A stretch of 64,000 nt of DNA, from NCBI GenBank assembly GCA_038850115.1, contig JAWCMB010000002.1, forward strand, positions 4,385 to 68,384, given 5' to 3'. Each line of letters begins with the position of its first letter. The stretch's first letter is position 1. This DNA is from Thermoproteota archaeon (lineage in GTDB: Archaea; Thermoproteota; EX4484-205; JAAOZP01). A program made the position numbers and the translations under genes. The notes beneath the pieces were generated by a model. The model ran no database searches. It was not told where the DNA came from and saw only the letters and a list, made by a program, of their open reading frames with translations. Shown one piece after another: positions 36,406 to 46,051 of the stretch.

Positions 36406-36500
36406 ACTGAAGGCTGGGAAAGACCCTAGCCTAATAAATGTTGTCTCGGTGAGAAAAGCTTTTAAAAAGTGTTTTAAAATGAGTACCGAGGTGATGCGAA

Positions 36501-38099
36501 ATGGCCTATGATCAGTCAAGACCAGCGATAGTGCTTAAAGAAACAACTATTAGGAGGAGCAAGGAGGAGGCTTATGAAAACAATATTGTCGCCTCGCTAA
36601 TAATAGGCGAGGTTGTTAGAACCGCCTATGGTCCAAGAGGCTTAAACAAGCTTCTAGTGGGCTCGGTTGGAGATGTCACGGTGACCAAGACCGGCGTAAC
36701 TATTCTAAGCGAGGCGAACATCGAGCATCCTGTTGGGAAGATAATTATAGACGCCGCCAAGGCTCTTGAGAAGGAGGTTGGAGACGGCACTACCTCGCTC
36801 ATACTTTTAACTTGCGACTTGGTTAAAAACGCGTACAGCTTGTACAAGCAGGGCATAAGCCCGATTTCAATAGTCAAAGGATACAATAGTGCCCTCTCAG
36901 AGGCTCTTAGAAAACTTGAGGAAGACGCTAAGCCGATTGACCTCTCCAATAGGGAGAGGATGAGGAATATTGCTGAAACAGCAATCACGTTCTTCTCATC
37001 CCCCGATGAGAGGAAGCAGCTAACCGAAATCGTTCTGAACGCCGCTGAAAAGATCGTTGAGAAGAGGAACGGGGGGTACTACGCAGACATAGACTGGGTG
37101 AGCATAGTTAGGAAGCGTGGACACGAGGTTTTAGACTCAAGGCTTGTCAACGGTGTTATAGTTGACAAGGAGGTCGTTCATCCAAACATGAGTAAAACGG
37201 TTAAAGATGCTAAGATCGCGTTGATAGACTATGCTCTGGAGGTTAAGAAGACTGAAATATCGACTGAAATAGAGGTTAAGACGACTGAGGAGCTCCGAGG
37301 GTTTATGAGAGAAGAGGAGGAGATGATAAGGGAAAGAGTTGACAGGATAGTTAAGTCGGGAGCAAATGTGGTTTTCTGCCAGAAGGGCATAGACGAGCTT
37401 GCGCAGCAATACTTGTATAAGAATGGTATTACAGCAGTTAGAAGGGTTAAGAGATCCGACATGGAGAGGTTGGAGAGAGCAACATACGGGAAAATAGTTT
37501 CAGACCCGGAGGATATTTCTGAGGAAAAGCTTGGGCGAGCAGACATTGTTAAGGAGGAGGTTTTCGAAAACGAGAAAATAGTCTTCGTGGAAGGCTGCCG
37601 CGAGCCTAAGGCTGTCTCAGTACTGCTGAGAAGCGTGAACGATGATCTTTTGAAAGAGTATGAAAGAGAGTTTAAGCATGCTCTTTCAGCAGTCCTCAGT
37701 GTATATAGGGATCCGAGGTATGTAGTAGGTGGAGGGGCGGAGCTACTTGAAATAGGAAGAGTTTTAAGAAGAAGCGCGGAAAGCCAGAGGGAGGAGGATA
37801 GGCTGATTTACGAGGCTTTCGTGGATAGTGTGGAAACCCTTGTTAAAACCCTCGCAGCCAACGTGGGAATGAAGCCGCTGACAGCAATATCCCTGCTTAA
37901 CAGTAAGCATGCGAAAGACGGTGCGGGATACGGTATAGACGGTGTTAGGAGGGAAGTGGCTGATTTAGACGGAAGAGTGATCGACCCGTATTTCGTCGTA
38001 AAAAGCTGGCTTGTTTCCGCCGTGGAACTGGCTACGACAATAATAGGTGTTGACGAAGTTATATTGACAACGAAGCCTAGGACGGAGGAGAAAAGCTAA
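36501..38099 (+). CDS. ths: Thermosome subunit (group II chaperonin)
   Basis: 532 aa. VRTAYGPRGLNKLLV...GDVTVTKTGVTIL......HP..K....AAKA...EVGDGTTS. Confidence 0.9.
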   Translation: MAYDQSRPAIVLKETTIRRSKEEAYENNIVASLIIGEVVRTAYGPRGLNKLLVGSVGDVTVTKTGVTILSEANIEHPVGKIIIDAAKALEKEVGDGTTSLILLTCDLVKNAYSLYKQGISPISIVKGYNSALSEALRKLEEDAKPIDLSNRERMRNIAETAITFFSSPDERKQLTEIVLNAAEKIVEKRNGGYYADIDWVSIVRKRGHEVLDSRLVNGVIVDKEVVHPNMSKTVKDAKIALIDYALEVKKTEISTEIEVKTTEELRGFMREEEEMIRERVDRIVKSGANVVFCQKGIDELAQQYLYKNGITAVRRVKRSDMERLERATYGKIVSDPEDISEEKLGRADIVKEEVFENEKIVFVEGCREPKAVSVLLRSVNDDLLKEYEREFKHALSAVLSVYRDPRYVVGGGAELLEIGRVLRRSAESQREEDRLIYEAFVDSVETLVKTLAANVGMKPLTAISLLNSKHAKDGAGYGIDGVRREVADLDGRVIDPYFVVKSWLVSAVELATTIIGVDEVILTTKPRTEEKS

Positions 38100-38142
38100 G
38101 GCTTGTTAAACAGCCTTTCAAACATGCAGCCTTTTTAAAAAT

Positions 38143-39387
38143 TTAACTAAGATTTGCTTCAAGGTGTACGCGCATTTTTCTTTTTAGGAAAAAAGTCATC
38201 CAAGGCGTGAGAAGTATTGCAGAGGCCCATGATAAAGCTGAAGACATGGCGAACATGGCCCACAACCCGCGGTAATCTGAGACCAAGCCCCCTAAATATG
38301 GGCCGGAGGCGAATCCAAGTTGAAGCGAGAGGTTGTAGAAACCTGCGTAAAGCCCCCTTCTCCTGCTTCCACCAAGGCTTGAACTAATCGACATCCCTGA
38401 GACCGTGTGTAAAGCGTAAAGAATCCCTCGAACACCCTGAATCAGCAGATAGCTGTAGAGATTCTTTACGGTTCCGTAGAGCCAGTAAACCATACCGAGA
38501 CCTACTTCTCCGAAAACTAGGACGGGAAGACCCCCGATCCGGTCGGATAGCCAACCACCTAAATACATAGCGGGAACTTCGAGAAGAGCTCCTATCGCGA
38601 CCACGAGACTCATGAAAAAAGGGTCGCCGCCCAGCTGCGACAACGAAATGGTAAGGAAGGAGGATGTTGCCCCCATGCCTACTCCAGAGATCAAGATGCT
38701 CGCCGTGAAGCAAGCGGCAAGCTTAACAGACGAGACTCCTCTGTGCTGAGTACTGCCGAGGCGGCTCCCGCCCGTGCCCTCAACACTTGGCAGAAACAAG
38801 CTTACCAGAAAAGAGATTGCGGAGAACGCTAGGGTCAGTGGAAAAATGTTCCACAGGCTTTCTCCAGCAAGCAAACCAGTAAGAATGCAAGCAGCTGCCC
38901 AACCTATGGATCCGAACAATCTGTATCTCCCCATGTAAACACCGAGCCTATTGTCTCCAGAGAAATCTGCAACCATGGATTGGGCAAGCGGCATGAATCC
39001 TGCTAGAAACAACCCGGCGGCAACATAACATATTGTCAGGCTCACAACATCTGTAGACAGCATCAGTAGCAGGTAGGCTAGACTTCTGAAGAGGAGAGAC
39101 ATTGAAACTATTGCTTTCCTGTTCCCATATTTATCGGCAATAGCGCCGAACAGAGGCTGGAGGAAGGGAGAGAGAAAGCTGGAGACAGTCATAAGCAGGC
39201 CGATAGAAGCATAGGATAGCCCTAGGGACCTTAAATAGACGCCAAAAAGGAGGGAAAGTGGTGCGAATGAGGCCCATACCAGCCCGCCGATTACGGAGAT
39301 TGTTAACAACGCATGGCCCGATCCCTGTTTCAACTTTCCGCACCATTGTTTCCTAGCGTATTTGAATTTTACTAATCTAGCTTGCAA
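38143..39387 (-). CDS. MFS transporter
   Basis: 414 aa with about 12 predicted TM segments and the MFS loop motif GAIADKYGNRK. Confidence 0.75.
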   Translation of the reverse strand: MQARLVKFKYARKQWCGKLKQGSGHALLTISVIGGLVWASFAPLSLLFGVYLRSLGLSYASIGLLMTVSSFLSPFLQPLFGAIADKYGNRKAIVSMSLLFRSLAYLLLMLSTDVVSLTICYVAAGLFLAGFMPLAQSMVADFSGDNRLGVYMGRYRLFGSIGWAAACILTGLLAGESLWNIFPLTLAFSAISFLVSLFLPSVEGTGGSRLGSTQHRGVSSVKLAACFTASILISGVGMGATSSFLTISLSQLGGDPFFMSLVVAIGALLEVPAMYLGGWLSDRIGGLPVLVFGEVGLGMVYWLYGTVKNLYSYLLIQGVRGILYALHTVSGMSISSSLGGSRRRGLYAGFYNLSLQLGFASGPYLGGLVSDYRGLWAMFAMSSALSWASAILLTPWMTFFLKRKMRVHLEANLS

Positions 39388-39714
39388 AATGCTTGAAGCA
39401 GAGGCTTAAAAAGAGGGATGGGTGCTGGAAAAAGGCGAGAGTTAAAAACTTCCTAATGTTTTCTACATTGGACTTGGAAAAGGACTTTTTTTACTGATCC
39501 TTTGATTCTCCAATGGCCAATAGCATTCTTTACAAACATCAAACCCGCACCAACACATTCTAATAGCGAGACCAATATTCTAAACTGCCTCGTCTTATTC
39601 AGCTTTAAAGGTTTCAGTGAAAACACGTCTCTTAAGCCTGTTTGGCGAGCTTACAACGAGTGGGTGAATGATGCTAGTCTACAGGTTGAAAAATAAAAAG
39701 CAGAAATATTTAAA

Positions 39715-39789
39715 TGCTCCGACCGGGATTTGAACCCGGGCCCCGAGCTCGAGAGGCTCGTATGCTTGACCGGGCTACACCATCGGAGC
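39715..39789 (-). tRNA. tRNA-Glu(CUC)
   Basis: 75 nt. Acceptor GCTCCGA/TCGGAGC, anticodon stem CGAGC/GCTCG, loop CT-CTC-GA, T arm CCGGG-TTCAAAT-CCCGG, discriminator A. Confidence 0.85.
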
Positions 39790-39891
39790 TGGGGAAACAT
39801 GCTTCAGAGGAGGAAATAAATCTTTTGTCACCGCCCCCATATTTTTCACGCAGCTATGGATTTTTATATACCCGTCTAAGCGCATCTAGCG

Positions 39892-40518
39892 ATGAACGGG
39901 AAGGTCATAGTGGTAACCGGTACGCCCGGCACTGGAAAGACATCCCTATGTAAATACATTATTAGGAGAAGCGCCGGCTGGGTTCACCTGGACCTAGGCA
40001 GGTTTGCAGTCGAATCGAATGCTATTGTCGAGTACGACCGTTCTCTGAAAACCAGTATCGTAGACACGGGTGTTTTGAAGAAGGCCTTACGCGCACACGT
40101 TCTGAGAAACGTTGAGAAAGACGTTAGGCTTCTGATAGATGGTCACTACGCTGCCGAGGTGGCTCCGTCGAAGCATGTTGACTACTGTGTTGTCTTAAGA
40201 TGCAGGCCAGATGTTCTCTGGAGGAGGCTTAGAAGTATAAGGGGATACGTGGAGGAGAAGGCGAGGAGGAATGTTGAATCCGAGCTTACGGATTACTGCT
40301 ACCTCGCGGCGAAGCTTCACCTAAAGAACAGCAGGATCGTACAGCTGGATACCACTAGGACGAGTACCGGAAGGCTTTACACCCGGTTTATGGGGTTCTA
40401 TAAAGACGGTTTTAAGCGTGAGGGAGATAGGGTGGACTGGACTGAGTTCCTCCTGAAGCATCCTGGGAAAATGAGTTTTCTTTTCCGTGAAGATCTGTCG
40501 CGAAAAGTATTGGTTTAG
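39892..40518 (+). CDS. Fap7/adenylate kinase isoenzyme 6-like nucleotide kinase
   Basis: 208 aa. P-loop VTGTPGTGKTS with LIDGHYA.......VDYCVVLRC.PDVLWRRL...GY...K...N.ESE, typical of AK6/Fap7. Confidence 0.7.
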   Translation: MNGKVIVVTGTPGTGKTSLCKYIIRRSAGWVHLDLGRFAVESNAIVEYDRSLKTSIVDTGVLKKALRAHVLRNVEKDVRLLIDGHYAAEVAPSKHVDYCVVLRCRPDVLWRRLRSIRGYVEEKARRNVESELTDYCYLAAKLHLKNSRIVQLDTTRTSTGRLYTRFMGFYKDGFKREGDRVDWTEFLLKHPGKMSFLFREDLSRKVLV

Positions 40519-42277
40519 AAAAACCCTCCAACATTAGAAACCCATACCCTGGCGTCAGCTTCCTGAGAAGCTCGTAGTCTCTTTGTGACAGCCCCATTAC
40601 GTCTGTCAGAACCCTTGACTCCTCCCCCTCGCATATCCTGTGAGATATTTTCAGGCTTGTGGACTTCACTATCTCGGGGGAGATTTGCGACGGGAACTGT
40701 GACACCAGTATCAGGCTCTCGTTGAACTTTCTCATCTCCAGAAAAAGTTTTTCAGCAATTCCGGGTGGGGAGTCGCGCCTCCTGTACGGAAGGATGTTGT
40801 GCGCCTCCTCTATCACCGTGAAGTGGCATTTAGCACTCTTGTTTTTCAGCCTAAACTCGTAGAGCAGCGCGAGAATAAACAGTGACGCTAGTTTCCGCAC
40901 GTCCACCTCAACTATATCACCCAACTCGAAAACCACGTTTCCATCTATTATGTCCCCGATCCTCACAAGCCTATCCGTGTTACAGAATATTTCCCTGCTC
41001 TGCCCAGTCACCAGGGGCCTCAGCCGCCTTAACAATGCAAACTTCGTCTCGTTCTCGTAGAACGATTTAATGCTCCATCTTTCCAAAGTGTCTACGAAGC
41101 CTTTGAGAAGGCCCGGAGCATTAACCAAAAGCCCCTTCTCCATCAAGGTTTGCAGAAGCACCTCTCTAAACATGTATGACTGGGATGGGGTGAAACTATA
41201 TATCTGGTCAAAAATATCAGTGACTATAGCGATGTGCTCAGATAAGCTGTTGGCCTCGATGGGGTTAAGTATGTCAAGGGAAAAGGTTCCCAGTGGGAAA
41301 ACACGGCCGTTAAGCTCCTCAGCTAAACGCCCATACTCATTATGCCAGTCTAGAACCATGAACGGGTACCCGAGCCCCGCGAGCCCTCTTAAAACATGTT
41401 TCACGGTGGTCGTCTTACCAGACCCTGTTGATCCGTAGGCAGCCACATGCTTCTTAAACTTGTCCGCTTCAAGCTGCAGCGGGACTATTTTCGAACCGTT
41501 GAAAACAATCGACCCGAGGCTCAAAGTTTCCCGGCTTTCAGAGGAGCCGACAGGAGGCTGGTAGGAGGATGAGAAGAGGCAAAGATCATCGTTAGGCATG
41601 TGGGGAGTAAGCAGTTTGACTGAGTCGTCTGCTTTCAGTTTCCGCGGAAAAGAATTGTCCACCAGAATCCTCCTTAAGCATTTAAGCAGGTCTCTTTCCT
41701 TCAGCCTGACCAGCTTCAACTCTGGGAAAACAGTGTTGTAGACCGATCTTATTTTTTCAAAATCGGTTTCAAGCATCTTCGCAGCCTCATCGATCCCTCC
41801 GCGGCCCACTTCCCTGCTGATAAGGAGAACCTGCGCGAGAAGAATATCCTTATCAGGATCCCCGGATGGGAGAATATGCGTTATGAAGCTCAGTGGAACC
41901 CCTGCTTTCAAGAGGCCGCTAACAAGGCCTCTAGTCCTATGATAGAAATCCTGCCTAGCATCAACGCTCTCCGAACTCTCCTCAAGAAGTATTGAAGCGG
42001 CTCCAACAACCATTTCTGAAGAACCTGTTTTCGCGACGAAATATTCTCCGTCTCCACCGAACAGTAAACGCTCGATAAAGCGTGGACGCTTGTAGAATAG
42101 AAAAAACAGCAGGGTAAGCAGGAGGATCGTCAGGGAGACTGCTTGAAGAATCAGCGGCTGGGGAATGTTGAGGGGAAACAGAGTAGGACTAATAGTGTTT
42201 TTAAGTATGCTTATCAGCAGTACGATGGCGACAATTACGTATACCGGATCCCACTTTCTTTCCTTGCTGCTAAGCAT
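40412..42277 (-). CDS. Membrane-anchored FtsK/HerA-superfamily ATPase (VirB4/CedB-like)
   Basis: 621 aa. Two N-terminal TM helices (VYVIVAIVLLISIL; LILQAVSLTILLLTLLFFLF), Walker A YGSTGSGKTTT, Walker B HFTVIEEAHN. Start shares TAATG with the upstream ORF. Confidence 0.65.
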   Translation of the reverse strand: MLSSKERKWDPVYVIVAIVLLISILKNTISPTLFPLNIPQPLILQAVSLTILLLTLLFFLFYKRPRFIERLLFGGDGEYFVAKTGSSEMVVGAASILLEESSESVDARQDFYHRTRGLVSGLLKAGVPLSFITHILPSGDPDKDILLAQVLLISREVGRGGIDEAAKMLETDFEKIRSVYNTVFPELKLVRLKERDLLKCLRRILVDNSFPRKLKADDSVKLLTPHMPNDDLCLFSSSYQPPVGSSESRETLSLGSIVFNGSKIVPLQLEADKFKKHVAAYGSTGSGKTTTVKHVLRGLAGLGYPFMVLDWHNEYGRLAEELNGRVFPLGTFSLDILNPIEANSLSEHIAIVTDIFDQIYSFTPSQSYMFREVLLQTLMEKGLLVNAPGLLKGFVDTLERWSIKSFYENETKFALLRRLRPLVTGQSREIFCNTDRLVRIGDIIDGNVVFELGDIVEVDVRKLASLFILALLYEFRLKNKSAKCHFTVIEEAHNILPYRRRDSPPGIAEKLFLEMRKFNESLILVSQFPSQISPEIVKSTSLKISHRICEGEESRVLTDVMGLSQRDYELLRKLTPGYGFLMLEGFSKPILFATDLHGKENSFSQDASGGTQSSPPYLPHA

Positions 42278-42531
42278 TATTTAGGAGGAATAAGCCAACC
42301 GAATAGGCTGGAGCCGAGGTTACCCACTTCCTTTAACAGAGTGTCGAAGAAGCCGGAAATGTTGTCCACGATCTGCTTTGAAACCCCGAAAACAGCCCCC
42401 AGCATCACTAGAGCTAAGACTATCAGCAGCCCCTCCTCTATAAGTTGCGAAGCCTTCAACCTTGTCTTCAAGTTTTTCACCAACCCGGTAATACACTGCT
42501 CTGAAACAGATTTAAGCGCCAATGGCTTCAC
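42277..42531 (-). CDS. Small hydrophobic protein (84 aa; predicted helical hairpin)
   Basis: GTG start in a GTGA overlap with the upstream ORF. LIEEGLLIVLALVMLGAVFGV-SKQ-IVDNISGFFDTLLKEVGNLGSSLFGWLI. Confidence 0.4.
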   Translation of the reverse strand: MKPLALKSVSEQCITGLVKNLKTRLKASQLIEEGLLIVLALVMLGAVFGVSKQIVDNISGFFDTLLKEVGNLGSSLFGWLIPPK

Positions 42532-43328
42532 TTGGAGACCTGCGCCGCGAAGCCGCTGATCACGCTGTTGAACAGTAGGAAGGAAACTATGAAGCTTGAT
42601 GCAGAATAAAACAGTGTTTTTGAGAGCGTTCTACACGCTAGGGAATGGTGAACAAGCAGAGAGACGCTTAACACGTATAAGAACAGGGAGAAAGGCTGTG
42701 AAAGATCCTGCTGTAAAACAGGGTTCAGGGAGAAGGTGGAAAAAGTGTTGAGAACGGGAGCCGCGGCTGAGAGGAAACCCATTAGGGAGGCGCTTACGCT
42801 CAGCATTATCCTCGCTCTGAACCGGGCTTCGGAGAACAGGGTTCTCCTCTCGCTCTTCAAAGTCTCGTTCTCCCTAAGGAGAAACACGTAGCTCCTCAGG
42901 ATCTTTTTAGCAGAGACAGCGTCTTTAGCGAAAAGGCTTGAAACAAGCCTGATTAGAAATCCGCCTGTTCTATCAAGGGCCTTGGAGCAGGAGCTGAAAG
43001 TCTCTTCCACGGGACGCCCGTTTATGTTGTCGCGCACAGCTTTTTCGAAAAGCCAGCGGTAATCAGTCTTGAAATCCACGTTCAACAGCGTTTTGAAAAC
43101 CGAATCCTCCAGGTTTAGGTTTTCAGGGTAGTCCAACATCTTCTCCACCAGCGTTAAATCAGCCTTCCTCGACAAGTCTTCACCACAGTTTTCCTCCTTC
43201 CGAGTCAATATGAGCGTGTAGGCTAGGAGCTGAATCGAGTTTGCAACATATGGCTTGAGCCTTAAGATAGGCATTAGGAAGGCGAGTGCCCCCAGCCCGA
43301 TTACCAGAAGCAGGTGTAGCCTTTTCAA
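42528..43328 (-). CDS. Polytopic membrane protein, TadC/FlaJ-half (T2SS-F-like)
   Basis: 266 aa. Two N-terminal TM helices, a helical cytoplasmic domain of about 130 aa, and three C-terminal TM helices. Assigned from architecture and context only. Confidence 0.45.
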   Translation of the reverse strand: MKRLHLLLVIGLGALAFLMPILRLKPYVANSIQLLAYTLILTRKEENCGEDLSRKADLTLVEKMLDYPENLNLEDSVFKTLLNVDFKTDYRWLFEKAVRDNINGRPVEETFSSCSKALDRTGGFLIRLVSSLFAKDAVSAKKILRSYVFLLRENETLKSERRTLFSEARFRARIMLSVSASLMGFLSAAAPVLNTFSTFSLNPVLQQDLSQPFSLFLYVLSVSLLVHHSLACRTLSKTLFYSASSFIVSFLLFNSVISGFAAQVSK

Positions 43329-43888
43329 CCTAATAGAACACCTTTAATCCTCCCGATCTTTTTGAAAAAGATTCTGAACACCACCATGCTCGTGATGAAA
43401 AACAGCGAGAACATGATGTTTGAAGCCTGCGGCGAAAAGCTGGAGGCCAATATTATTGGTGTCGGAACCAGAAACACGTAGAAAAAGAAAACGGAGATTA
43501 TGGAGGTGAGTTTCAACGTGTATTCGCGATACTTCATTCTGGCTTTCGATTCGAGAAGCCTGAAGAAAATCAGCGTCTCCTCAGGGTTAGCCTTTCGCCC
43601 GAAGCCGCTTTGAACCACGTGGCAAATAGCTTGAACCAGATCAGGATAGCCCTGTAAAGCCTTGTTCAACCCTCTTTGGATATCTACACCGTCCAGATTA
43701 TTTTTAAGACAATTCTGCAGGCTTTTTGAAACATTCTCATAGTCTTTCGTTGAAATATCTCGAACAGTCTTATACAGGTCGTTGTAGGCGGATAAGGATA
43801 TTATTATTTCAGCCAAGATTGGAGTTATTGTTTCGCAGGAATAATCATCGTCTTCTTTAAATATTTTTCTAAAAAACATTTCAAGCAT
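43325..43888 (-). CDS. Membrane protein, TadB/FlaJ-half (T2SS-F-like)
   Basis: 187 aa. A helical cytoplasmic domain of about 110 aa (..GVDIQRGLNKALQGYPDLVQAICHVVQSG..) followed by two TM helices. Coupled to its neighbours by 1-4 nt overlaps. Confidence 0.45.
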   Translation of the reverse strand: MLEMFFRKIFKEDDDYSCETITPILAEIIISLSAYNDLYKTVRDISTKDYENVSKSLQNCLKNNLDGVDIQRGLNKALQGYPDLVQAICHVVQSGFGRKANPEETLIFFRLLESKARMKYREYTLKLTSIISVFFFYVFLVPTPIILASSFSPQASNIMFSLFFITSMVVFRIFFKKIGRIKGVLLG

Positions 43889-45774
43889 TATTCCAGCAGT
43901 CCCCCTCCGGCTTTATTAAGCATCTCCCCATGGATTTTCTGAACAAGCCTTCTGACACTACGATTATCCGGAAAACAGTTTCCCCTAACTGCACCCAGAA
44001 TAGCCTCATACTCCCTGTAAAGGTCTTTCTCGTCAAGATGGTTTAGACTCGCCAGCTTCCCGAAAACCACTGAGGCTTCTAAGCCTGGGCCGCAGCGCAG
44101 CTCGTTGGACACAGTGTTCCTAGAAAACATTTCGTTAATGTTCGAATCATCGTCCACCTCGGCTATCTCGCCAATAAACCGTTTAACACGATTATTCGAC
44201 TCCAGCTTCTTCATGACTATTATCAGGTCGAGTTCTGAAACCAGCACCCTAGGAATATTGTGGACATTCACAAGCCTTTTAATGAAGTCGCCGCTGTCTG
44301 CAGCATGCGCAGTATGCATGACCCTTAGCCCAGCGGAAACAGCACGAAACATTGCCCTCACATGGCTCCCGGTTTGAACCTCGCCAAGTATAAGGTAGGA
44401 GGGGGTCCTGTGGAGAACCTTAACTATTTCAAGCGTCTTCGTATCAGTTTTACCCCTGCTTTCAAAAGGCTCCACAATGTAGACTACTCTATGCTGGTTG
44501 AAGATCCTTGGAGGAAGGGTTTCAAGAGCATCCTCTATATGTATTATACGCCACCAAGAGGGAGCAAAGTAGCTCAGAAAGTTCAGGAGAGAGGTTTTAC
44601 CAGAGTTAGGCTCGCCCACGATGGAAATGTTAGCACGGTTAAGCATCGCGAAGACTAGGAACGCCGCGGACTCCGTTGAAAAATACCCGGATTCTAAAAG
44701 GTCTCTTAGAGAAAGTATGTCCACCATGTGCTTCCGCACGTCCAAAACGCCTCTTCCTAACGCTAGGGGAGGAATGTCTATTGAGACCCTTGTCAACACC
44801 CTGTTGAAAACAATGGAGGCTTTAATCGAAGGATTGGAGTAGTCCAAGTTTAAGCCGGATTCTCTTCTCACCAGCGTCGCAAGGCTTTCAAAGTCTTTCT
44901 CGTTAAACACTAGGTTTGTGTCCAGTCTTCCGAAATACGCATGGTCAACGTAAAGTCTTCTTCCAACATCATCAAGGAAAAAGCATTGCACATCACCATC
45001 AATTATCAAAGGGTATATTTTCGACAGGCCCATGGAGGAATATGCTGCATGCTTGACGATTGAGCTCCCAACCGGCTCCGCCATTTCCTCAGTGGTTAAA
45101 ACCTTCAAAAACCTTAAGCCAGCCTTAAACCTGTATTTAGAAACATCTTTAATCCTCCCGGTTTTAAGCATTTCTTCAGAGTATATGAAACGCAGGATTT
45201 TTGAAAGCTCCCTCTTAATCCAGAGATAATCATCCCTCTGAAAAGAAACCCTGTATAAACTTTTTTTAGAATCAATGCGATAAAAAAGATGCCCCCGCGT
45301 ATAGCTATGCTCAACCATATCCCTCCTGTAGAAGACTCTTTCAAACCCTTGGAGCCTACACTCGGAAAAAAGCTCGTTGGCAGCAGGAAGCCGTAGTAAC
45401 GGTTTCGAGTACAAGCCGCCGTAAAAGGGCCGTATTAAAAGCTTCCCACGGGCACTAGCCAAGTCAAAACCTTCTCCCCCGTATGCTTCAGAAAGCCCCC
45501 TGTAAATCCTTATTTTCTCCTTCTCAACCTCCCGCGAAAATTTTTTCATCAGCCTAACGTGTTCCCCGCGGACCTCCAGCCAACGGCCTTCAAGACAAAC
45601 CAGTATTCTTTCCGGGTGGAAAAACGTAAGCTTATACACAATATCGCAGATAAGCTGGGGATCCGTTTCAGAAGAACCGGGGGTGGAGAGCAAATATAGG
45701 ATTTTCCTCCTGCCATCCCAAAACCATTTTCTTTCAACACCAGCCTGTAGAAAACTACTTTGGACACTGCTCAT
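43888..45774 (-). CDS. Secretion-superfamily ATPase (PilB/FlaI/VirB11/TadA class) with long unassigned N-terminal region
   Basis: Walker A IVGEPNSGKTSLLN, HIEDALE, LRTPSYLILGEVQ, MHTAHA (His box). Start moved to ATG 45774 (MSSVQSS), which forms an ATGA overlap with the upstream mini-ORF. The track ORF runs to TTG 45942. Confidence 0.75.
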   Translation of the reverse strand: MSSVQSSFLQAGVERKWFWDGRRKILYLLSTPGSSETDPQLICDIVYKLTFFHPERILVCLEGRWLEVRGEHVRLMKKFSREVEKEKIRIYRGLSEAYGGEGFDLASARGKLLIRPFYGGLYSKPLLRLPAANELFSECRLQGFERVFYRRDMVEHSYTRGHLFYRIDSKKSLYRVSFQRDDYLWIKRELSKILRFIYSEEMLKTGRIKDVSKYRFKAGLRFLKVLTTEEMAEPVGSSIVKHAAYSSMGLSKIYPLIIDGDVQCFFLDDVGRRLYVDHAYFGRLDTNLVFNEKDFESLATLVRRESGLNLDYSNPSIKASIVFNRVLTRVSIDIPPLALGRGVLDVRKHMVDILSLRDLLESGYFSTESAAFLVFAMLNRANISIVGEPNSGKTSLLNFLSYFAPSWWRIIHIEDALETLPPRIFNQHRVVYIVEPFESRGKTDTKTLEIVKVLHRTPSYLILGEVQTGSHVRAMFRAVSAGLRVMHTAHAADSGDFIKRLVNVHNIPRVLVSELDLIIVMKKLESNNRVKRFIGEIAEVDDDSNINEMFSRNTVSNELRCGPGLEASVVFGKLASLNHLDEKDLYREYEAILGAVRGNCFPDNRSVRRLVQKIHGEMLNKAGGGLLE

Positions 45775-45920
45775 TTTGAAGCAACCCGTATGAACTCGTT
45801 TAGCTCGCGATACTTCTTCTCCAGATTTAGAATTCTGCTGTTTAACCTGCTTATGTTTTCCTTCAAATCCTCTATCTCCTGAAGTATAGCGTTGACCAAC
45901 AGCTCGTCCTGGGAAATCAT
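45771..45920 (-). CDS. Candidate 49-aa coiled-coil protein, first gene of the operon
   Basis: Hand translation MISQDELLVNAILQEIEDLKENISRLNSRILNLEKKYRELNEFIRVASK. TATA GATAAATA (45946-45953) lies about 29 nt upstream of the ATG. The stop overlaps the ATPase ATG. Confidence 0.4.
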   Translation of the reverse strand: MISQDELLVNAILQEIEDLKENISRLNSRILNLEKKYRELNEFIRVASK

Positions 45921-45942
45921 CTTCAAACCTAAAAGGCGTCAA

Positions 45943-46051
45943 GCGTATTTATCCGCCAATGCCGGAAACCATTGGTGATTATAAGGCGTGGAACATTACT
46001 CTACTCGGAGGTTGAAAATGAGCATAAAATTAGGTGGTTCGAAGGAGGAGG
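45943..46051. promoter_or_regulatory. Divergent promoter region with central inverted repeat
   Basis: TATA GATAAATA (minus, 45946-45953) and GATTATAAGG (plus, 45978-45987) flank the perfect inverted repeat CCAATG-N8-CATTGG (45956-45975). GGAGGAGG precedes the plus-strand ATG at 46052. Confidence 0.4.

Noticed and set aside
39714-39953. 79-aa plus-strand ORF.
   Set aside because: It is built on the reverse complement of tRNA-Glu(CUC) and the promoter region of the Fap7-like gene.
45775-45942. N-terminal 56 residues of the track ORF 43888..45942 (TTG start).
   Set aside because: The TATA box lies only about 4 nt upstream of the TTG. The segment is better explained as the out-of-frame shadow of a 49-aa coiled-coil ORF ending in an ATGA overlap with ATG 45774.
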